Assembly: GCA_965249595.1 (NCBI GenBank)
Contig: OZ252242.1
Location: forward strand, 1,871,850 to 1,935,849
From: Chloroflexota bacterium
Lineage (GTDB): Bacteria; Chloroflexota; UBA11872; VXNJ01
Length of the DNA stretch: 64,000 nucleotides
Reading direction: 5' to 3'
Shown: piece by piece, positions 1 to 7,483 of the stretch
Numbering within the stretch: the stretch's first letter is position 1
Layout of the letters: each line of letters starts with the position of its first letter
The notes under the pieces: model-generated
Seen by the model: only the letters and a program-made list of their open reading frames with translations
What the model was told of the DNA's origin: nothing
The model's database searches: none
Made by a program: the position numbers and the translations under genes

Positions 1-636
1 CTCATTGCCGCCGCCGGATCGCCGGTTGGCGATATGTGCAAGCTGTGGGACGGGACCGGCGGACGCACCGCGATGCTGGAGTTTGGAAATTCCTGCATGG
101 GATATGAAATCCCGGCGGCGATCGGCGTACGCAAGACCAATCCGCCCGGTGAGATATTCGTCTCGCTCGGCGACGGCGGCTTCCTAATGCACCCCTCCGA
201 ACTGATCACCGCCCTGCAGGAGCGGGCCAAGATCACCGTGATCATCACCCGCAATCTCGGCTACCAATCGATCAACGCCCACCAGCGGCGCACCGTCGGC
301 CACAGCCTGGGTAATGAATTTCGCTGGCGTGACCCCGAATCGGGGGAATTGGATAAGGGCGATTTTGTAGAGATTCCCTTCGCCCAGATCGCCGCCGGCA
401 TGGGCGCAGCATCCTGGTCGGTGACCAACGCCGACGAATTTGTCGCCGCCCTGGAGGCTGCCCGGGCCGAGGAGCGGCCCTGCTTGATCGAGGTGGAAAT
501 GGACAAGTACCACACCCCGCCGCCATCTGGCGTCTGGTGGGATGTCTACGCCGCCGAGGTCACCAACGATCCATTGGTGGCCGAGCGCTCCGCCGAGAGC
601 CAAAAGGGCCGTTCACTGCAACGCTACTACTGGTAG
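1..636 (+). CDS. iolD: ThDP-dependent 3D-(3,5/4)-trihydroxycyclohexane-1,2-dione acylhydrolase, 5'-partial
   Basis: Frame open from base 1 (LIAAAGSPVGDMCKLW); EFGNSCMGYEI, the GDGGFLM...N ThDP motif and C-terminal WWDV are IolD-like. Confidence 0.85.
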   Translation, partial: LIAAAGSPVGDMCKLWDGTGGRTAMLEFGNSCMGYEIPAAIGVRKTNPPGEIFVSLGDGGFLMHPSELITALQERAKITVIITRNLGYQSINAHQRRTVGHSLGNEFRWRDPESGELDKGDFVEIPFAQIAAGMGAASWSVTNADEFVAALEAARAEERPCLIEVEMDKYHTPPPSGVWWDVYAAEVTNDPLVAERSAESQKGRSLQRYYW

Positions 637-646
637 CAAACGGCTC

Positions 647-1546
647 TTAGCTAAATCCGTTTTCGGTTAGCCAGCGCCGCGTCCGGGTGGCGATCGGGGC
701 GGGCACGTCGAAGCTGGCGACCGGGTAGAGATCCTGTTCAACGACGGCGTAGCCGGCAAACCCCACTTCGGCCAAGACGCGCCGGAAGTCGCGCAGGTCG
801 AACAGGCCCTGTTCGGGTTCGCAAAAAACACCGGCTCGCACGCTGGGCTGAAAGCCCAGTCCCTGCTCTTCGCAGGCGGCGTGGACCTGCCGATTGATGT
901 TCTTCAAATGCACATAGGGAATTCGCGCAAAGTTTCGCGCCATATAGGCGTTGGGGTCGCCCCCGCAATAGGCGTGGTGACCGGTGTCGAGCACCTGGCC
1001 CAGTTGGTCGTCGGCGGCCAGTTCAAAAAATCGATCCATCTGCTCTTCCGTGCGCACATGGGTTTCGGCGTGCGGGTGGAAGTAGGTTTTTAGGTCAAAG
1101 CGCTCACGCAGTGCGGCGGCAATTTCAACCACCCGCTCTACTAGCAGCAGGAACCGGGCATCGTCGAGGTCGGTTTCATCGATGAGCCGGTCGGTGGCCT
1201 TGTCGCGGTAGAGGCCCTCAATGAGAATGATCGCCTCGGCGCCCACTCCTGAAAGCAGCTCGGCCAATTGGAAGCATTCCTCGCGGATTGAGGCCAATTC
1301 ATCATCGAACAGGTAATGGCGCATCACCCGCCCGCCGCACATTGACAGGTTGTGGCTGGCCAGCAGCTCGGCCAGTCGCGAGCGATCGGTGGGCAGGTAG
1401 CCGTAACCGCCCGACTCAATCCAGCGATAGCCGGCCGCCGAGACCTCCGCTAAGAACCGATCCCAAGGCGGCTGGAGCGGATCTTCGGCGAACGAAACGC
1501 CCCAGGAGGTGGGCGAGCTGGCTATCTTGACCGGCAGGGAATTCAC
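647..1546 (-). CDS. iolE: IolE-like sugar-phosphate isomerase/dehydratase (TIM barrel)
   Basis: PTSWGV, FHPHAET, LDTGH, VHLKN and VVEQD motifs; likely GTG start at 1546, just downstream of the upstream gene's stop. Confidence 0.7.
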   Translation of the reverse strand: MNSLPVKIASSPTSWGVSFAEDPLQPPWDRFLAEVSAAGYRWIESGGYGYLPTDRSRLAELLASHNLSMCGGRVMRHYLFDDELASIREECFQLAELLSGVGAEAIILIEGLYRDKATDRLIDETDLDDARFLLLVERVVEIAAALRERFDLKTYFHPHAETHVRTEEQMDRFFELAADDQLGQVLDTGHHAYCGGDPNAYMARNFARIPYVHLKNINRQVHAACEEQGLGFQPSVRAGVFCEPEQGLFDLRDFRRVLAEVGFAGYAVVEQDLYPVASFDVPAPIATRTRRWLTENGFS

Positions 1547-1547
1547 G

Positions 1548-2171
1548 TTAGGCCTCTTCCAAATCGAGGTTGAACATCCGCCGGCGCCGGCCGCCGCCGA
1601 GCGCCGCATGGATTATGCGGCGGTCGATGATGACCAAATCGCCGGGTTCAGAGTTGAGCGCAATATGGCTGTGCCGAGCAAGCGGCGAACTGCCAAACCA
1701 ATGCGGGAGCGGCAGGATCGGCTGGCTGAGCTCGGGTCGAATCGGCTGGAGGATCTTCCAACGCTGCGACCCGGGCACGACGAGGAGGCAGCCGCGTCCG
1801 CGTCCGACCGGATCGAGATAGCAATTGATCCGCACGCGAGCCCCTTCGCGACCGACGCCGTCAACGTGCCAGGGCGTATCGCCGGCATGCAGATTGCCGT
1901 TCGACCCCGACTGACGGAGCACTTCACCATCGATTAATTCAGCCTGCAGATGATTGATCAATCTGTGCGATCGGAATCCATCGAGGCGCGGATCGAGGTC
2001 TAAAAAGCCGCCAACCACCTGCCGCGCATGCGTTTTATGGCGCTCGCGCGACGACCAGGCCGCTTCAAAGGCCGCTTCCAATTCGGCATATTCATCCCTA
2101 AGGGCCCCTTTGAGCACCAACGCCCCACAGGTGTGGAAGAGTTGGCGTTGCTGGGCAGTGAGCATCACCAT
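1548..2171 (-). CDS. Phytanoyl-CoA dioxygenase (PhyH)-family Fe(II)/2-oxoglutarate oxygenase
   Basis: WHVD (HxD) motif, distal IHAA His and RRMF; ATG at 2171 with GGAAGGA upstream. Confidence 0.8.
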   Translation of the reverse strand: MVMLTAQQRQLFHTCGALVLKGALRDEYAELEAAFEAAWSSRERHKTHARQVVGGFLDLDPRLDGFRSHRLINHLQAELIDGEVLRQSGSNGNLHAGDTPWHVDGVGREGARVRINCYLDPVGRGRGCLLVVPGSQRWKILQPIRPELSQPILPLPHWFGSSPLARHSHIALNSEPGDLVIIDRRIIHAALGGGRRRRMFNLDLEEA

Positions 2172-2205
2172 CGCAATCCTTCCCGGTTGATCTAGCTTTC
2201 GACGG

Positions 2206-2278
2206 TGCCCCCGGTGCGATTCGAACACACGGCCCGCTGCTTAGAAGGCAGCTGCTCTATCCCCTGAGCTACGGGGGC
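2206..2278 (-). tRNA. tRNA-Arg(TCT)
   Basis: Cloverleaf: GCCCCCG acceptor, GCTGC-CT TCT AA-GCAGC anticodon arm, TTCGAAT T-loop; CCA not encoded. Confidence 0.95.
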
Positions 2279-2294
2279 TCGATTGGCACGGCAA

Positions 2295-2326
2295 TGAAAT
2301 TCAACCCGGCCGGCCGGGTTATTTCA
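2295..2326. repeat. Inverted repeat between the divergent tRNA-Arg and sdh genes
   Basis: Perfect 18-bp palindrome AACCCGGCCGGCCGGGTT (2303-2320) flanked by TGAAAT/ATTTCA. Confidence 0.7.
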
Positions 2327-2407
2327 GCATTTAATTGACAGTGCACAAACTATCCTAGTTGGGTACTTGCGAATAGCGCCTGCCAGGGCGAGAGACAGCA
2401 ACCTGCA

Positions 2408-3190
2408 ATGGCCACAATTCCAGCCGCCGGTGACCGACTGGGCAAGACCCTGCGGGTCGATCGCTGGTGGATAGAACCGGTCCGATTCGGCCTGGTTTTT
2501 GGAGCATTTGTCGTCTATGCGAGCTGGGCCCTGCTACAGGGCGCCAACAACGATAACCACATCGCCGAACCATACCTTTCGCCCCTTTATTCGCCGCATT
2601 TTGCCGGCTTGATTTGGCCTGACTGGTGGCCCCAGTTCCTGCGCACCCCGGCTCTACTGATACTCTGGGCGCCGCTGTCCTTCCGCATTACCTGCTACTA
2701 CTACCGGCGCTCATACTACCGCTCGTACTTCCTCTCCCCGCCGGCCTGCGCGGTGGGTCGTCTAAACCTGCCTTACGCCGGTGAGCGGCGGCTGTTGGTA
2801 TTGCAAAACCTGCATCGCTATACGCTCATTTTTGCCCTCGCCCTGGTGGTGATCCTCAGCTACGACGCGGTTGTCGCCTTCTTCTTTGCCGAAGGCTTCG
2901 GCGTCGGCTTGGGCACCCTGATATTGCTCGCCAATGCGGTGGGGATTGCCGGATACACGTTCGGCTGCCATTCGTTGCGGCACCTAGTAGGCGGCCGCAT
3001 TGACTGTTTCTCCTGCTCGCTCGTTAGCCGTAGCCGCGGCCGCGCCTGGCGTTTTCTCACCCGATTTAACGAGCGGCACGGACAGTGGGCCTGGTACTCG
3101 CTGGTATGGGTCGCCCTAGCTGATGCCTACGTGCGATTGGTGGCCACCGGGACAATCACCGACCCGCGCTGGATCATCATCCCGGCATGA
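2408..3190 (+). CDS. Succinate dehydrogenase membrane anchor, mycobacterial Sdh1 (Rv0249c)-like
   Basis: Multi-TM protein with YLSPLYSP, FRITCYYYR and GCHSLRH motifs; overlaps the sdhA start (ATGA). Confidence 0.8.
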   Translation: MATIPAAGDRLGKTLRVDRWWIEPVRFGLVFGAFVVYASWALLQGANNDNHIAEPYLSPLYSPHFAGLIWPDWWPQFLRTPALLILWAPLSFRITCYYYRRSYYRSYFLSPPACAVGRLNLPYAGERRLLVLQNLHRYTLIFALALVVILSYDAVVAFFFAEGFGVGLGTLILLANAVGIAGYTFGCHSLRHLVGGRIDCFSCSLVSRSRGRAWRFLTRFNERHGQWAWYSLVWVALADAYVRLVATGTITDPRWIIIPA

Positions 3191-4989
3191 GCGTCAATCC
3201 CGAACGACTCGCCTACGACGTGTTGGTCATAGGCGCCGGCGGCGCCGGCCTGCGGGCCGCGCTCGCCGCCAGTTCGCTCGGCGCCAAGGTCGGGGTCGTT
3301 TGCAAGTCGCTGCTTGGCAAAGCCCACACCGTTATGGCCGAGGGTGGGATGGCCGCAGCGCTGCGCAACACCGACCCGCGTGACTCCTGGGAGGTCCACT
3401 TTCGCGACACCATGCGCGGCGGGAAACTGCTAAACCAATGGCGCATGGCCCAGATCCATGCCCTGGAGGCTCCCGACCGGGTCCGCGAACTGGAGGCCTG
3501 GGGGGCCGTGTTCGACCGCACTGATGACGGCCTGATCCTGCAGCGAAACTTCGGCGGCCATCGCTATCCCCGGCTGGCTCACGTCGGCGACCGCACCGGG
3601 CTGGAGATGATCCGCACGCTGCAAGATCACGGAATCCACCAGGGTCTCTCCGTTCATATGGAGGTCACCGTCACCAGCCTGCTAATTGACGATGGCCGGG
3701 TAGTGGGCGCCTTTGCTTACCAGCGCTCGGACGGAAAGCTTTTGGCCATCGCCGCCAAATCGGTAATCATCGCCACCGGCGGAGCCTGCCGGGCCTGGGC
3801 CATCAACACCAATTCCTGGGAGGGCACCGGCGACGGGCATGCCCTGGCTTGGCGCGCCGGAGCGGACCTGATCGATATGGAATTCGTCCAGTTCCACCCG
3901 ACCGGAATGGTTTGGCCGCCCTCGGTGCGCGGCATATTGGTCACCGAGGCGGTCCGCGGCGAAGGTGGAGTGCTGCGTAATCGGTCCGGTGAGCGTTTCA
4001 TGTTCGACAACGTGCCGGCGATGTTTGAAGGCGAATTCGCCGAAGACGAAAACGAGGCCCGCCGCTGGCTGGGCGGTGACAAATCAGCCCGTCGCCCACC
4101 CGAATTGCTCACCCGCGACGAGGTGGCAAGGGCGATATTGCGGCAGGTTGGAAACGAGGAGGGGTCACCGCACGGCGGTGTGTTTCTCGACATCGCCTCA
4201 CAGCGGTCGGCAAGCGACATCCGCTCGCGCCTGCCCTCGATGTACCACCAGTTTTCCGAATTGGCGCAGGTCGATATCACTCGCACACCAATGGAAGTCG
4301 GGCCCACCGCGCACTACATCATGGGCGGGATCCGCATCGATCCGGAAACCCAGCAATCAACAATGGCGGGATTGTTCGCTGCCGGCGAGGCCGCCGGTGG
4401 AATGCACGGCGCCAATCGACTGGGCGGCAATTCGTTGACCGACCTCTTGGTATTCGGTAAACGGGCCGGGCAGTTTGCCGCCGAGGCGGCCCTGGCCGCA
4501 GGCGAAATGCCGTCACTTTCAGAATCAATCATCGACGCCGCGACGACCGATGCGATGTCACCGTTTTCGCGCCCCAAAGATGAAAACCCATTCCAATTGC
4601 TCTCATCGCTACAGGAGATGATGGATCAAAAAGTGGGCATCATCCGCCGGGCCAGCGATCTGCAGTCAGCGCTCGGCGATCTTGACCAATACGCCGCGCG
4701 CGCCCAGCGCGCCGGGGTTGCGTCAGGCGGTTACTTTAACGTCGGCTGGCACCAAGTCCTCGATCTTGAAAGCGTATTCACGGTGGCCAGGGCCTCGGCC
4801 ATGGCCGGACTGATGCGCGAAGAGAGCCGGGGCGCCCATACCCGTGATGATCATCCGGCCGCTGAATCGGCCTGGGGCGACCGTTCAGTGATCGTCTCGC
4901 GCGCCGACGACGGTTCAATGTCTGTGCGCACCGAACAACTGGAAAAACCACCGGCCGACTTACAAGCCATCATCGACAGGGATAGTTAG
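3187..4989 (+). CDS. sdhA: Succinate dehydrogenase/fumarate reductase flavoprotein, intact
   Basis: GAGGAG, KAHTVMAEGG (FAD-His), QFHPTG, TEAVRGEGG, RDEVAR, HYIMGG and GANRLGGNSL all present. Confidence 0.95.
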   Translation: MSVNPERLAYDVLVIGAGGAGLRAALAASSLGAKVGVVCKSLLGKAHTVMAEGGMAAALRNTDPRDSWEVHFRDTMRGGKLLNQWRMAQIHALEAPDRVRELEAWGAVFDRTDDGLILQRNFGGHRYPRLAHVGDRTGLEMIRTLQDHGIHQGLSVHMEVTVTSLLIDDGRVVGAFAYQRSDGKLLAIAAKSVIIATGGACRAWAINTNSWEGTGDGHALAWRAGADLIDMEFVQFHPTGMVWPPSVRGILVTEAVRGEGGVLRNRSGERFMFDNVPAMFEGEFAEDENEARRWLGGDKSARRPPELLTRDEVARAILRQVGNEEGSPHGGVFLDIASQRSASDIRSRLPSMYHQFSELAQVDITRTPMEVGPTAHYIMGGIRIDPETQQSTMAGLFAAGEAAGGMHGANRLGGNSLTDLLVFGKRAGQFAAEAALAAGEMPSLSESIIDAATTDAMSPFSRPKDENPFQLLSSLQEMMDQKVGIIRRASDLQSALGDLDQYAARAQRAGVASGGYFNVGWHQVLDLESVFTVARASAMAGLMREESRGAHTRDDHPAAESAWGDRSVIVSRADDGSMSVRTEQLEKPPADLQAIIDRDS

Positions 4990-4991
4990 CC

Positions 4992-5750
4992 ATGGGCAAC
5001 AACGCAACTTTGCGGGTCCAGCGGGGAACCGCCCAAAACACCCACTTTGCCGAATACGAAGTGCCCCTCGCCGAAGGCACGGTTGTGCTTGACGCACTGC
5101 ACTGGGTTCAGCAGAACGCCGATCCTTCATTGGCCTGCCGTTGGAACTGCAAAGCCGGAAAATGCGGATCATGCTCGATGGAAATCAACGGCAAGCCGGC
5201 CCTGGCTTGCATGACCGGATTCCATGACATCGACACGGAGAAACCGGTCAATATCAGCCCGCTCAAGGCTTTTCCGGTCATTTCCGACTTGGTCAGCGAT
5301 GTCAGCTGGAATTATTCCGCCAAGCAATCGATTCGCAAGTTTTCACCGCGCGCTCAGACCCCCGATGAGCACATGGCCGGCGGCTGGAAAATGGCCCAGC
5401 AAGATATCGATCGCGTACAAGAATTTCGAAAGTGCATCGAGTGCTTCCTCTGCCAGGACGTGTGTCACGTCCTGCGCTCCAGCGCCCTCCATGAGCAGTT
5501 TGTCGGCCCGCGCCTGCTGGTCTATGCGGCCGCCCTGGAGATGCACCCGCTCGACGAATTGGACCGGCGCGAGGAGTTGCGGGAGGCCCACGGAGTGGGG
5601 TTTTGCAACATCACCAAGTGCTGCACCGAAGTTTGCCCGGAGGGAATCAAGATCACCGACAACGCCATCATTCCGCTCAAAGAGCGGGTGGCTGATGATG
5701 CCTATGACCCCTTGGCGAAGTTGTACAACAAGATTTTTGGTCGAATCTAG
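4992..5750 (+). CDS. sdhB: Succinate dehydrogenase iron-sulfur subunit, intact
   Basis: CKAGKCGSC...LAC, CIECFLCQDVC and CNITKCCTEVCP give complete ligand sets for all three clusters. Confidence 0.95.
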   Translation: MGNNATLRVQRGTAQNTHFAEYEVPLAEGTVVLDALHWVQQNADPSLACRWNCKAGKCGSCSMEINGKPALACMTGFHDIDTEKPVNISPLKAFPVISDLVSDVSWNYSAKQSIRKFSPRAQTPDEHMAGGWKMAQQDIDRVQEFRKCIECFLCQDVCHVLRSSALHEQFVGPRLLVYAAALEMHPLDELDRREELREAHGVGFCNITKCCTEVCPEGIKITDNAIIPLKERVADDAYDPLAKLYNKIFGRI

Positions 5751-5784
5751 CGCGGTTCCCGCACAATCAGGAGAACTTCGGGCG

Positions 5785-6711
5785 TTAGATTCCCATCACA
5801 TCGACTAGTTCGCGAACCGAAGCCGCCGAGCGCCGCAATCCGTCCAACTCTTCGTCGGTCAGCTGGAAGTCCATCACCGCTTCAGCGCCGCCGGCTCCCA
5901 GTTTTACGAGGACTCCGACGACAGTGTCGTTGATGCCAAATTCGCCCTCAAGCAGCACGGCGCAGGGGTAAAGACGATTTTGGTCTAACAAGATCGAATC
6001 GACCATCATGGCGCAGGCCTCGCCGGGGGCCTCATATGCCCCGCCGATCTTCATATGCTCGACAATCTCGCCGCCGCCATTGCGGGTCCTATCAACGATG
6101 GCCGTCAACCGCTCGGCCGATATCAGCGATCGCACCGGCATGCCGGCCACGGTGGTGTAGCTGGGGACCGGCACCATCGTGTCGCCGTGACCACCGAGCA
6201 CAAACCCGGTTATGTCAGTAGGGGAAACACCAAGTTCCCAGGCCAAAAAGGTGCGGTAACGGGAAGAATCCAGGATGCCGCCCTGGCCGATGACCCGTTC
6301 CTTGGGCAGACCGGAGACCCGCAACGCCAGTTGGGTCATGGCGTCCATCGGATTGGAGAGGATGATCAATATCGTCTCCGGCGATCGTGTCACCAGTTCG
6401 CGCGTGACCTGCTCAACGATCGCCTTGTTGGCCAGCAACAGATCGTCGCGGCTCATGCCCGGCTTGCGCGGAAATCCCGAGGTAATGACACAAACCTGTG
6501 AACCGGCGGTCTCGTCGTAGGAGTTGGTGCCAAGGATGTTGGGAGGATACCCGCACAGTGATCCGGCGTGATTGAGATCTAGCGCCTTACCCTGCGCCAG
6601 ACCCTCCACGATGTCGATCAAAACGACGTCGGCATATCCACGCTCGGCCACCCTGCGGGCGGTCGAGCCGCCGGTGGCGCCGGCGCCAACAACTGTTACT
6701 TTAGGTCGCAT
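5785..6711 (-). CDS. mdh: Malate dehydrogenase (LDH-like)
   Basis: GAGATG, RKPGMSRDDLL, SNPMDAM, LDSSR and GGHGD motifs. Confidence 0.95.
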   Translation of the reverse strand: MRPKVTVVGAGATGGSTARRVAERGYADVVLIDIVEGLAQGKALDLNHAGSLCGYPPNILGTNSYDETAGSQVCVITSGFPRKPGMSRDDLLLANKAIVEQVTRELVTRSPETILIILSNPMDAMTQLALRVSGLPKERVIGQGGILDSSRYRTFLAWELGVSPTDITGFVLGGHGDTMVPVPSYTTVAGMPVRSLISAERLTAIVDRTRNGGGEIVEHMKIGGAYEAPGEACAMMVDSILLDQNRLYPCAVLLEGEFGINDTVVGVLVKLGAGGAEAVMDFQLTDEELDGLRRSAASVRELVDVMGI

Positions 6712-6769
6712 TCACATATCCGGTTCTGGGGCAATTGCGCTAGTGCCCCGGCTGAAAAAACTGTCTTCA

Positions 6770-7483
6770 TTAGCGCGGGTCGGAAAAACCATTGACCGCG
6801 GCTGAGCGTTTCAACTTATCAATCTGGGCAAATGGAGCAAGCGAATAGGGACAGGGATCGCCAACGATGGATTCTGAATTGCAGGCCCAGACGCCGTCGC
6901 GACCAACCGCCAATTGCATTCGCTCGCGATCGAAATCGTCGCGCGTATCGGCCGCCAATCGGTAGGTCTTGAGCAGGAAACGGGCTCCGATGAAGTCGGA
7001 TGGCGGATGGCGCAGGGCTCCATCGCAAATCCCGCACATGTTGCAATATTCGCTGCGTTGCAGCCGGTCCAACTGTTCGCGGGTCATCTCCGTCGGCCGG
7101 CCCAAATCAACGCTTTCGGTGCGCTGCAGCCAGGGCCGCAGCTGGGCGATGCGGTTGGAGGCTATATCCGAATCGACCACCAGGTCGACGATTACCGCGT
7201 GGTTAGCCAGCGGCCCAATCCGGACTTCATCGTCCCCGGTTGGCAAAGGTTCACGCACCGGGAGCACCGGCCGCCCATTTAGGGCAACCGCCCCGATACC
7301 GGAAAAACCGCCGGGTTCGGCCTCGCGAAAGCGCAGACTGCAGTCTTGTTCATCACGGATTTGAATGAGCGCGTCCTGGACGGTCATCGCCGGTACCCGC
7401 CTGACCGAAAAGGATTGCCAGGTCGGGGACAATTCCAATTCGGGATCGAACCGGGAGATGCTCAGCACTGCCAGTGAAATCAT
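6770..7483 (-). CDS. Degenerate SdhB/FrdB-like Fe-S protein
   Basis: SdhB-like RFDPE, TVQDAL and VIVDLVVD; only CNMCGIC, one GVWAC Cys and the final CP are retained; ATG overlaps the upstream TGA. Confidence 0.8.
   Translation of the reverse strand: MISLAVLSISRFDPELELSPTWQSFSVRRVPAMTVQDALIQIRDEQDCSLRFREAEPGGFSGIGAVALNGRPVLPVREPLPTGDDEVRIGPLANHAVIVDLVVDSDIASNRIAQLRPWLQRTESVDLGRPTEMTREQLDRLQRSEYCNMCGICDGALRHPPSDFIGARFLLKTYRLAADTRDDFDRERMQLAVGRDGVWACNSESIVGDPCPYSLAPFAQIDKLKRSAAVNGFSDPR

Noticed and set aside
2335-2365. Sigma70 promoter TTGACA...TATCCT for sdh
   Set aside because: The spacer is only 10 nt and no -10 lies at 16-18 nt, so it was not called.
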